Made by a program: the position numbers and the translations under genes. From positions 1 to 41,118 of the forward strand of contig JBGUXJ010000157.1 in the NCBI GenBank assembly GCA_045222055.1: 41,118 nucleotides of DNA, written 5' to 3'. This stretch comes from Candidatus Cryptobacteroides sp. (GTDB lineage Bacteria > Bacteroidota > Bacteroidia > Bacteroidales > UBA932). Numbering within the stretch: the first letter of the stretch is position 1; every line of letters begins with the position of its first letter. The notes under the pieces were generated by a model. The model did no database searches, was not told the DNA's origin, and was given only the letters and a program-made list of their open reading frames with translations. Shown in pieces: positions 28,320-36,424 of the stretch.

Positions 28320-30536
28320 CAACGTAAACGCCACGCGGGTGCGGATGTCGTCGGAACCGCCGCCGACCAGTGCCTCGAAGTCGCCCTTCTCGGCTTTCCA
28401 GTCCGCGATGGACGGATCATAGAATTTCAACTTGTCCACACCGATCGTGAAGGTCACGTCAGCAGACTGGCCCGGAGCGAGGCGGACCTTCTGGAAATCC
28501 TTGAGTTCCTTCTCCGGACGGGGCAGGGAGGATTCCTTGTCGGCGATGTAGAGCTGGACGACTTCAGCGCCTTCCCGGCTGCCGGTGTTGGTGACCTTGA
28601 CCGTCAGTTTCACGGTGCCGTTCCCGGCCAGGGACGTCTTGTCGAGTTTCGCCTCGCCATATTCGAAGGTCGTGTAACTCAGGCCATGTCCGAAGGCGAA
28701 GAGCGGCTCGATGTCCTTCTCGTCAAACCAGCGGTAGCCCACGAAGATGCCTTCCTCGTAAGTGACCTTGCTCCGGTTCGGGAAGGTCATGCCCGGCTGG
28801 TGGGCGGGGGAGTCGGTCAGTTGCTTCGGGAAGGTGAACGGCAGTTTCCCGCTCGGATTCACGTCGCCGAAGACCACGTCTGCCAGGGCATTTCCGGCCT
28901 CGGATCCGAGGTACCAGGTCTGCAGGATGGACGGGACCTTGTCGACCCACGGCATGGCGACGGCATTGCCGCTGACCAGCGAGACGACGAAGTTCGGATT
29001 GGCGGCGGCGAGGGCCTCGATTACGGCGTCCTGGTCATAGGGCAGGTCCAGGGAGCGGCGGTCGGTGCCTTCGCAGTCCTGGTTGTTGCTCTTGTTCAGG
29101 CCTCCGATGAAGATGACGAGGTCGGCCTGGGAAGCCATCTCCACGGCTTCGGCGATCAGCTGCTCCGGACTGCGGCTCTCGGAAAGGTCCTGGCCGGAGG
29201 TGACTCCGTTGTAGGAACCGCCGGTATCGCCGATATAGCCACGGGCGTAGAGGACTTCGACATCCTTGCCGGCGCGGGCGCGGATACCGTCGAGCGGAGA
29301 AATCTCGTGCTGGACTTTCAGGGAGGAGGAACCGCCGCCGACGGTCATCATCTTGACGGCGTTCTCACCCACGACGAGGATCCGCTTGACCTCCGGGGCC
29401 ACCGGAAGGACGTTCCGGTCATTCTTGAGCAGGACGATGCCTTCCGCGCCGATCTTGCGGGCGGCGGCATAGTGCGCTTCGGAATTGATGGCACCGAACG
29501 GCTTGTTCGGATTCATGGCGGTGCGGAAGATCAGCCGGAGCACCCGGCGGCACTTCTCGTCCAGCTCCTTCGTACCGTATTTCCCGGCGAGGATGCCGTC
29601 GCGGTACGGCTTGGCGAGGAAGTAGGCGTCATAGCCGTTGGTCGCACCCATGGTGAGGCCGTCGGTCCAGGTGCCGAATTCCAGGTCCAGTCCGTTCTTG
29701 ACGGCTGCATCGGTCTCATGGACGCCGCCCCAGTCGGAGATCACGGCGCCGTCGAAGCCCCATTCTCCCTTGAGGATGTCCATGATCAGCCGCTCGTTGT
29801 AGCAGACATGCTGGCCACGGTAGAGGTTGTAGCTGCCCATGATGGACCAGGCGTGACCCTCCTGTACCGCAGCCTTGAAGGCAGGCAGGTAAATCTCGTA
29901 GAGGGCACGGTCGTCCAGGTCCACGTCGGCGGTGTGGCGGAAGGTCTCCTCGTTGTTGAGGGCGAAGTGCTTGACGCACACGGCGACGCCGTTCTTCTGG
30001 ACTTCCTGCACATACGGGACGACCATCTGGCCGGACAGGTAGGGATCTTCGCCCATATACTCGAAGTTACGTCCGTTCAGCGGGGTCCGGTAGATGTTGA
30101 CGCCCGGGCCGAGGAGGACGTCCTTCTCGCGGTAGCGGGCCTCTTCGCCGATGGACTTGCCGTACAGGGCGGACAGGTCGCGGTCCCACGTTGCGGAAAG
30201 GGCGGTCAGGGCAGGGAAGGCCACGATGGAGTCGTTGGTCCATCCTGCCTGTTCCCACTCGTCCCACAGCACTTCCGTGCGGATGCCGTGAGGACCGTCC
30301 GTGGTCCAGAGTTCCGGAATGCCGAGACGCGGAACGCCGGCGGAGGAGAACTTGGACTGGGCGTGGATGATCTTGATCTTTTCCTCGAGGGTCATCCGGG
30401 CCAGGGCGTCGTCGATCCGCGCTTCGATGTCAGCGTTCTGGTCCAGGTAAACGGGGCCTTGGAATGCGGGCTGCCTGCCGGTGCAGGAGAGGAGGCAGAG
30501 GGCGGCGAAGGCTGCCAGGTAACGGAGGGCTTTCAT
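28314..30536 (-). CDS. GH3 beta-glucosidase family lipoprotein with Fn3-like C-terminus
   Basis: DGPHG, GRNFEY, KHFALN, VISDWG nucleophile, VLLKN, PSGKLPFTFP, FGHGLSYTTF. Lipobox LLSC. Confidence 0.93.
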   Translation of the reverse strand: MKALRYLAAFAALCLLSCTGRQPAFQGPVYLDQNADIEARIDDALARMTLEEKIKIIHAQSKFSSAGVPRLGIPELWTTDGPHGIRTEVLWDEWEQAGWTNDSIVAFPALTALSATWDRDLSALYGKSIGEEARYREKDVLLGPGVNIYRTPLNGRNFEYMGEDPYLSGQMVVPYVQEVQKNGVAVCVKHFALNNEETFRHTADVDLDDRALYEIYLPAFKAAVQEGHAWSIMGSYNLYRGQHVCYNERLIMDILKGEWGFDGAVISDWGGVHETDAAVKNGLDLEFGTWTDGLTMGATNGYDAYFLAKPYRDGILAGKYGTKELDEKCRRVLRLIFRTAMNPNKPFGAINSEAHYAAARKIGAEGIVLLKNDRNVLPVAPEVKRILVVGENAVKMMTVGGGSSSLKVQHEISPLDGIRARAGKDVEVLYARGYIGDTGGSYNGVTSGQDLSESRSPEQLIAEAVEMASQADLVIFIGGLNKSNNQDCEGTDRRSLDLPYDQDAVIEALAAANPNFVVSLVSGNAVAMPWVDKVPSILQTWYLGSEAGNALADVVFGDVNPSGKLPFTFPKQLTDSPAHQPGMTFPNRSKVTYEEGIFVGYRWFDEKDIEPLFAFGHGLSYTTFEYGEAKLDKTSLAGNGTVKLTVKVTNTGSREGAEVVQLYIADKESSLPRPEKELKDFQKVRLAPGQSADVTFTIGVDKLKFYDPSIADWKAEKGDFEALVGGGSDDIRTRVAFTLK

Positions 30537-30542
30537 GTATGC

Positions 30543-32066
30543 TTAGATCAGCGGTTCGGCGGTCATGGCGGCGGGCTGCGGGATGCCCATCAGCTTGAGG
30601 ATGGTCGGGGCGACGTTGCACAGGGCTCCGTCCTTGACCTTCCGGACGTCTTCGCCGGCATTGATGACGACGAACTGCACGGTGTTGAGGGAATGGGCGG
30701 TGTTCGGGCTGCCGTCGGCATTGACCTCGAAGTCGGCGTTGCCATGGTCGGCGGTCAGCAGGACGACATAGTCATGGGCGATGGCCTCTTCGACGACGCG
30801 GCCGACGAGCTTGTCGATGCAGGCGACGGTCTGGGTCACGGCGGTATAGACGCCGGTGTGGCCGACCATGTCACCGTTGGCGAAGTTGAGGATGATCATG
30901 TCCTGCTTCTCGCTGCGGATCTGGTCGATGAGTTTTTCGGCTACCTCGGGAGCGCTCATCTGCGGGAGGAGGTCATAGGTCGGGACCTTCGGGGAGTTGA
31001 CGAGGATGCGGTCTTCATTCTCGAACACGGTCTCGCGGCCGCCGTTGAAGAAGAAGGTCACATGGGCATATTTCTCGGTTTCGGCGATGCGGAGCTGGTG
31101 CTTGCCGGCCTTGGAGACGGTCTCGCCGAGGGTGTCCTGCACGAGTTCCTTGTCGAAGAGGATGTGCACGCCCTGGAAAGAGGCGTCATAGGGGGTGAGG
31201 CAGCAGTAGTACAGCGGAATGGTGTGCATGCCTTCCTCCGGCATGTCGTGCTGGGTCAGGACGCTGGTGAGTTCGCGGGCGCGGTCGTTGCGGAAGTTGT
31301 AGAAGATGATGGCATCGCCTTCCTCGACCTTGGCAATAGGATCGCCGGCGGCGTCGACCACGACGATCGGCTTGATGAACTCGTCGGTGACGTCGGCGTC
31401 GTAGGAGGCCTGGATACCGGCGGTGGCGGAGGTGAACTGCGCACCCTTGCCTTCGACCAGCAGGTCATAGGCTTCCTTGACGCGGTTCCAGCGCTTGTCG
31501 CGGTCCATGGCGTAGAAGCGGCCGCAGACGGTGGCTACCTTGCCGGTGGTCTCGGCCATCTTCTGCTCGAGTTCCTGGACGAAGCCGAGGCCGCTGCGCG
31601 GGTCGGTGTCACGGCCGTCCATGAAGGCATGGACATAGACTTTCTCGAGGCCTTCTTCCTTCGCGACGCGGAGGAACTCATAGACATGATCCAGGGAGCT
31701 GTGCACGCCGCCATGGGAGGTGAGGCCCATCAGGTGAAGTTTCTTCCCGGTGCGCTTGACATAGTCATAAGCGGCGCGGATTTCCTTGTTTTCGAGGAGT
31801 TTGTGCTCACGGCAGGCGATGTTGATCTTGACCAGGTCCTGGTAGACCACGCGGCCGGCGCCGAGGTTCATGTGACCGACCTCGGAGTTTCCCATCTGTC
31901 CGTCCGGCAGGCCGACATATTCACCGCAGGCCTGCAGGTGTCCGTAAGGATACTTGGCGCGGAGGGCGTCGATGTTCGGGGTGCCCTGGGTCCAGATGGC
32001 GTTGGAATAATCATGGCGGCCTTCGCCCCAGCCGTCAAGGATCATGAGAAGTACTTTTCTGTTCAT
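30543..32066 (-). CDS. gpmI: 2,3-bisphosphoglycerate-independent phosphoglycerate mutase
   Basis: [54 protein letters not shown]. Confidence 0.97.
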   Translation of the reverse strand: MNRKVLLMILDGWGEGRHDYSNAIWTQGTPNIDALRAKYPYGHLQACGEYVGLPDGQMGNSEVGHMNLGAGRVVYQDLVKINIACREHKLLENKEIRAAYDYVKRTGKKLHLMGLTSHGGVHSSLDHVYEFLRVAKEEGLEKVYVHAFMDGRDTDPRSGLGFVQELEQKMAETTGKVATVCGRFYAMDRDKRWNRVKEAYDLLVEGKGAQFTSATAGIQASYDADVTDEFIKPIVVVDAAGDPIAKVEEGDAIIFYNFRNDRARELTSVLTQHDMPEEGMHTIPLYYCCLTPYDASFQGVHILFDKELVQDTLGETVSKAGKHQLRIAETEKYAHVTFFFNGGRETVFENEDRILVNSPKVPTYDLLPQMSAPEVAEKLIDQIRSEKQDMIILNFANGDMVGHTGVYTAVTQTVACIDKLVGRVVEEAIAHDYVVLLTADHGNADFEVNADGSPNTAHSLNTVQFVVINAGEDVRKVKDGALCNVAPTILKLMGIPQPAAMTAEPLI

Positions 32067-32100
32067 GGTATCTGTTTGTAATTATCTGCGGTTAATCCTA

Positions 32101-32108
32101 CAAATTTA
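32101..32108 (-). promoter_or_regulatory. -7 element (TAAATTTG) for gpmI-GH3
   Basis: caaattta on +, 34 nt upstream of the gpmI ATG. Confidence 0.6.
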
Positions 32109-32163
32109 ATCACATTTCCTGACATTCCGGCCATTACCCGGCGAAAACCGTCTTTCCTCCCGT

Positions 32164-32254
32164 CCGGTTCCTCCTCGATTCTGCTTCCGGATCCTTCTCG
32201 ATGCTGCTTCCGCCTCCTTCTGGATTCTGCTTCCGGATACTTCTCGATCTGCAA
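32164..32254. repeat. 23-bp tandem repeat, 4 degenerate units
   Basis: ccggttcctcctcgattctgctt / ccggatccttctcgatgctgctt / ccgcctccttctggattctgctt / ccggatacttctcgatctgcaa. Confidence 0.85.
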
Positions 32255-32330
32255 CGGACAGGAGTCCTGACCCCTGCTCCGAACCTCGCCCCTGCATGCC
32301 TTCTGCTCCTCTTTCATGATATGGGAAGCC

Positions 32331-32435
32331 GGAAATACAACGGCCTAATGTTCAGCATTTTAAGCATGTTTCCTGTTGAAAAATAACAACAGGACATGGT
32401 CGTTGATGTCTGATTATGAGCTTATTGCAGTTCTT
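32331..32435. repeat. 105-bp palindromic element A (downstream of the Y1 transposase)
   Basis: Inner stem catgt(tt)cctgttg / caacaggacatg with 8-nt loop. Outer arms gaaatacaa / ttgcagttc. Homologous to the reverse complement of element B. Confidence 0.8.
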
Positions 32436-32471
32436 GCAAAATATTACGAGTTGAGGAACCGGGATTGGTTA

Positions 32472-33389
32472 CTACATCATGTGAAGGAATTTAGCGATCT
32501 GCCTGCCGGTGGCTTCCGTCTTTTCTTGCAGCAGATGGAACAGCCGGACTTTCTCATCTGGGGAAGCGACCGTTGCTTCGCGGATATTCCGGTACCTTCC
32601 AAGTTTGTAGATGACCATCGACATTTTGGCGTAGACCCTGTCCGTACCAGCATCGAAAACTTCTCGGATATCATATTCGGTCCCAGTGTTGGAGTGTATG
32701 GCAGCCAGCATTTTTTCAAAGGATCCATAATAAGCGATGTCCGCCTCAAAATCAATGAAATAGTAGAGGCGAACGAGCATATCCGTGAGTTGTGCGCTTT
32801 CTTCCCGGTCAAGACCTGCGAAGATCCTTTCCAGAAAGCTGTAACGGAGGAAATCTCCGGAGCGGGCCCGGACTTTCGCTTCCCGTACCGCTTTTTTCAT
32901 GCGCCAGGAGGCTTTGCTGTATACGAAGGGATTGGAAAACGGATGTTCGGATGTGGCATAGGCGAGGAAGTTCCATGGGTATTCCTCCGCGTATGTGCAC
33001 AGCCCGCGCTCGCCGGCATTGTTGTAGACATAGACGAGATTCTCCCGCACCTTCTTTTCCTTGGTCTTTGGCGCGCTTCCGAACCGGGAATCAAATAGCG
33101 GCCCGGTACGGCCGACGGCTCTATTGTATTCCCGGACAAAACAAGCGGTTGCATCCCTGACGAAGTCGGCCAATTGCTTTTTACTGAGCGGCTTTGCTGT
33201 CAGATGAAGATGCTCCGGCATCTGACATAGGGCCAATATGGTCAGTCTGTACCGCCTGGCACAAACCGACAGGATGGAAAAGTGCACGAGATGGTCACGG
33301 ATGGTGTAAAAGATCAGTTCTCCATTTAATGTGCGCTGATAAATGTGATGTACGGAGCCAGAAATCACGGCTCGCTTTCTTCCCTTCAT
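32472..33389 (-). CDS. REP-associated tyrosine transposase (RAYT)-like HUH/Y1 nuclease with C-terminal extension
   Basis: HHIYQR, LIF, MPEHLH (HUH), GPLF-x2-RF, LVYVYNNAGERGL (catalytic Tyr region), YPWNFLAY. ATG at 33389. Confidence 0.85.
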   Translation of the reverse strand: MKGRKRAVISGSVHHIYQRTLNGELIFYTIRDHLVHFSILSVCARRYRLTILALCQMPEHLHLTAKPLSKKQLADFVRDATACFVREYNRAVGRTGPLFDSRFGSAPKTKEKKVRENLVYVYNNAGERGLCTYAEEYPWNFLAYATSEHPFSNPFVYSKASWRMKKAVREAKVRARSGDFLRYSFLERIFAGLDREESAQLTDMLVRLYYFIDFEADIAYYGSFEKMLAAIHSNTGTEYDIREVFDAGTDRVYAKMSMVIYKLGRYRNIREATVASPDEKVRLFHLLQEKTEATGRQIAKFLHMM

Positions 33390-33442
33390 GCCCCATTCTG
33401 CTCGATATTTACGGCCCGGGCCGACCGGCCCGGCTCCAAAAG

Positions 33443-33474
33443 CAAAGGTCACGAATATAAACGGGAAAAACAAG
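33443..33474 (-). promoter_or_regulatory. Possible promoter of the Y1 transposase (CTTG-N20-GACCTTTG)
   Basis: caaaggtc at 33443-33450 and caag at 33471-33474 on +, one mismatch each to consensus. GC hairpin ccgggcc-gacc-ggcccgg in the leader. Confidence 0.4.
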
Positions 33475-33503
33475 CTTTATTAAAAAACCGGCGAAAAGTT
33501 ACC

Positions 33504-33608
33504 AAGAAATGCAATGGGCTCATTACTAAATCTTTATCCTCCTGTCCTGATGCATTTTTACAACAGGACAGGGGGATAAAATGCTGCATGATATATGATT
33601 ACATTTCC
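33504..33608. repeat. 105-bp palindromic element B (between the rnr stop and the Y1 transposase)
   Basis: Inner 20-bp stem 33533-33552 / 33561-33580 (18 WC), 8-nt loop. Outer arms gaaatgcaat / attacatttc. Confidence 0.85.
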
Positions 33609-33615
33609 TGAGGGC

Positions 33616-36204
33616 TTACCGTTTTCCTCGGGAAGATTTCTTCTTGGCGGCCTTGATGGCTTCCTTGACCTTGGCTTTGCGTGCGGCCTTGTTGCCGGGC
33701 CGCGTGGATGCTTCTTCCTTTCCGTAAGCGTCGCTCCGACCGCCGGAACTTCTTCTGGAACCGGCAGATACTTTCCGAGAATCGCCAGATGCTCTCCGGG
33801 AGCCGGCGGATGCTTTCCGGGAGCCGCCGTGCAGGTACGGGTCGGCCTCGATGTCGCGGTCGGAGTATCCGGTCTCATCGTCGAAGAAGGGGGTCTGGGA
33901 CCGGCTGTCAAAGAAGCCGGCTCCTTCTGCGTCGCGGCTGTCGCGTCCAGTGCGGCCGGAAAGGCCGGCACCGTTGCGGCCAGGATAACCGGAACCGTCA
34001 TGACCAGGGCGGCTGGAACCGTCGCGTCCGTCGCGGCCGGAGGCACCTTTCTCGAATCCTTCCTCGACCAGTTCATAGTCGAGCAGGCGCTGCTCCAGGC
34101 TGGTCATCTTGACACGGATGCGGACCGGGTCGCCCAGGCGGAACACCCGGCCGGTGCGCCGGCCGCGCAGGCAGTAGCCCTTCTCGTCGAATTCGAAGAA
34201 GTCGGAGCGGATCTCACGCAGGGACACCATGCCCTCGATCTTGGTCGGCTCGATCTCCACATACATGCCCCAGTCGGTCACGCCGGAGACATGGCCGTCG
34301 AACTCCAGTCCGATCTTGTCCTGCATGAATTCGACCAGCTTGTACTTGATGCTGTCCCGTTCGGCGTTGGCCGCGATGATCTCCCGCTCGGAGGCATGGA
34401 CGCACTGTTCCTGGAAATAATCCTTGTTCTGGGAGGCGCCGTTGTCCAGGTACTGGGCCAGCAGCCGGTGCACCATCAGGTCCGGATACCGGCGGATCGG
34501 GGAGGTGAAGTGTGTGTAGAACTTGAAGGCGAGGCCGTAGTGGCCGATGTTGTCGGTGCTGTAGGCCGCCTTTGCCATGGCCCGCAAGGCAATCATTTCC
34601 AAGGCCATGAACTCGGGTTTGTCCTTCGCGTCGGCAAGCAGGCCGTTGAGCTTGGCCGAGATTTTCTCTCCTTCGCCGAACTGTACCTTGTAGCCGAAAC
34701 CGGAGGCGAATTCGGACAGTCCGCCGAGTTTCTCCATGTTCGGCAGGTCATGGATACGGTAGACGAACGTCTTGGCGGTCTTGCGCTCCTTGCCGTCCAT
34801 CTTGCCGTCGGTCGCGACGTATTCCGCCACGCTGCGGTTGGCCAGCAGCATGAACTCCTCGATCAGCCAGTTGGCTTCCTTGGAGATGAACTGGCGCACG
34901 GACAGCGGTTTGCCGTTCTCGTCGCATTCCACCTTCATCTCGGGGCGCTCGAAACTGATCGCGCCGGCCGCGAACCGGCGGTGGCGGAGCAGGGAAGCGA
35001 TCTTCCAGAGGTCGAGGATGGCCGCGCCGATTTCCTTGGGGGCGCCGCCGTCGCCTTTGCCGTCGATGATCTCCTGCGCCTCTTCATAGTTGAAGCGGTG
35101 GTCGGAATCGATGATGGTCCGGCCGAACCAGCGGTCGAGGACCTTGCCCTGCGGGGTCATGGTGAATACGGCGGAGAAGGTCAGCTTGTCCTCGTGCGGC
35201 CGCAGGGAGCAGAGTTTGTTGCTGAGTTTCTCGGGGAGCATGGGGACGGTGCGGTCGACCAGGTAAACGGACGTGCCGCGGGCCTGCGCCTCCTTGTCCA
35301 CGGCGCTGCCGGGGCGGACATAGTAAGAGACGTCGGCGATGTGGATACCGATTTCCAGGTTGCCGTCGGCCTGTTTCTTATAGGAGAGGGCGTCGTCGAA
35401 GTCCTTGGCATCGGCGGGGTCGATGGTGAAGGTCAGGGTGTCTCGGAAATCGCGGCGGCCCTTGAGGTCTTTCGGGGTGATGGCGTCGGAGATTGCGTCG
35501 GCGGCTTTTTCGACGTCCGGCTCGAACCGGTAGGGGAGGCCGTATTCCGCGAGGATGGCATGCATCTCGGTGTTGTTGTCGCCGAGTTCGCCGAGCACGT
35601 CGACGATCTGCCCGTGGGGATAGCGTTCGCCGCGGACCCAGCTGTCCACGACCACGGCCACTTTCATGCCGACATGGGCCCGCAGTTCGCGCGCCTCGCC
35701 GTCGACGGTCTCATAGACGCCGGTGACCGCGTACTCATTGTTCCCAAGCTGGCGCAGGGCGCCCTTCAGTTCGCGCCGCTCCGTGGTCTGTTGGGAGGTC
35801 TTGTGCCGGAAGGCGGGGGTGCCCTTCGGATCGACGATGTCGACGACGATGTCATAGGGCATGAATTTGCTCTGCATGATGACCCAGGCCTGGGCGCCCA
35901 CGATGTGGAGCACGCCCACGAAGGGCCGTTTGGTGCGTTCGAGGATGTCAATGACGGTGCCGTCGGCGTGCTTGTTCCCGACGCGGGGGCGGGTGAGGGC
36001 GATCCGGACGCGGTCGCCGTTCAGGGCGCCGCGGGCCTTGGCCGCGGAAATGAAGACGTCGTCTTCGAGTTCTTCTACCTTGACAAAGAGGTTGCCGTCG
36101 CGCGTCATCTGCGCAAGGCCTTCATATTCGGGATGTTGGTTCTTCTTGTGTTTTTTGATTTCGTTCGTGACTCTGCCGCGATTGCTTCTTTTACTGCCAG
36201 ACAT
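33616..36204 (-). CDS. rnr: Ribonuclease R
   Basis: Cold-shock domains, TIDPADAKDFDDA, HIADVS, LIEEFMLLAN, YTHFTSPIRRYPD, S1 domain, basic tail. ATG at 36204 is downstream of the promoter. Confidence 0.95.
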   Translation of the reverse strand: MSGSKRSNRGRVTNEIKKHKKNQHPEYEGLAQMTRDGNLFVKVEELEDDVFISAAKARGALNGDRVRIALTRPRVGNKHADGTVIDILERTKRPFVGVLHIVGAQAWVIMQSKFMPYDIVVDIVDPKGTPAFRHKTSQQTTERRELKGALRQLGNNEYAVTGVYETVDGEARELRAHVGMKVAVVVDSWVRGERYPHGQIVDVLGELGDNNTEMHAILAEYGLPYRFEPDVEKAADAISDAITPKDLKGRRDFRDTLTFTIDPADAKDFDDALSYKKQADGNLEIGIHIADVSYYVRPGSAVDKEAQARGTSVYLVDRTVPMLPEKLSNKLCSLRPHEDKLTFSAVFTMTPQGKVLDRWFGRTIIDSDHRFNYEEAQEIIDGKGDGGAPKEIGAAILDLWKIASLLRHRRFAAGAISFERPEMKVECDENGKPLSVRQFISKEANWLIEEFMLLANRSVAEYVATDGKMDGKERKTAKTFVYRIHDLPNMEKLGGLSEFASGFGYKVQFGEGEKISAKLNGLLADAKDKPEFMALEMIALRAMAKAAYSTDNIGHYGLAFKFYTHFTSPIRRYPDLMVHRLLAQYLDNGASQNKDYFQEQCVHASEREIIAANAERDSIKYKLVEFMQDKIGLEFDGHVSGVTDWGMYVEIEPTKIEGMVSLREIRSDFFEFDEKGYCLRGRRTGRVFRLGDPVRIRVKMTSLEQRLLDYELVEEGFEKGASGRDGRDGSSRPGHDGSGYPGRNGAGLSGRTGRDSRDAEGAGFFDSRSQTPFFDDETGYSDRDIEADPYLHGGSRKASAGSRRASGDSRKVSAGSRRSSGGRSDAYGKEEASTRPGNKAARKAKVKEAIKAAKKKSSRGKR

Positions 36205-36225
36205 AGAGTATATAGTTAAGATATG

Positions 36226-36256
36226 CAAAGATACGGACTTTCACGCAATCCGCAAA
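36226..36256 (-). promoter_or_regulatory. Sigma-A promoter of rnr (TTTG-N19-TATCTTTG)
   Basis: caaagata at 36226-36233 and caaa at 36253-36256 on +. Confidence 0.75.
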
Positions 36257-36332
36257 ACCGTGCGGGTGCTCCGTACATTCGTCGCGAAAAAATGACCGTT
36301 CACGCACAAAAATCAACAGAACGGGATTTTTC

Positions 36333-36387
36333 TTTGCAATTATGTCGGAAAAAAATAAAATTTGCATACTGCCTAAAACGTTTTGCA
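36333..36387 (+). promoter_or_regulatory. Promoter (TTTG-N20-AAAATTTG) and LacI-type operator candidate (AAAACGTTTT) for the second susC
   Basis: tttg 36333-36336, aaaatttg 36357-36364, palindrome 36375-36384. Confidence 0.55.
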
Positions 36388-36424
36388 TATAATTAATACT
36401 CTATATTCTACCAAATCACTCCTT

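Larger units (their letters stand above)
32331..33608 (-). mobile_element. Putative RAYT cassette bounded by inverted 105-bp palindromic ends
   Basis: Y1 gene of lower GC between rnr and gpmI, flanked by elements A and B (67/105 identical, no gaps). Confidence 0.6.

Noticed and set aside
32164-32254. CRISPR array
   Set aside because: The units are contiguous with no unique spacers, and there are no cas genes.
32063-32317. Small ORFs over the tandem repeat, and ORF 32376-33098 (+)
   Set aside because: The first are translations of non-triplet repeats overlapping the gpmI promoter. The second is antisense to the transposase.
32331-33608. Classical IS200/IS605 with TnpB, or a DDE IS with target duplication
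   Set aside because: There is no TnpB or DDE ORF and no flanking direct repeat is visible. The protein is RAYT-like in size and motifs.
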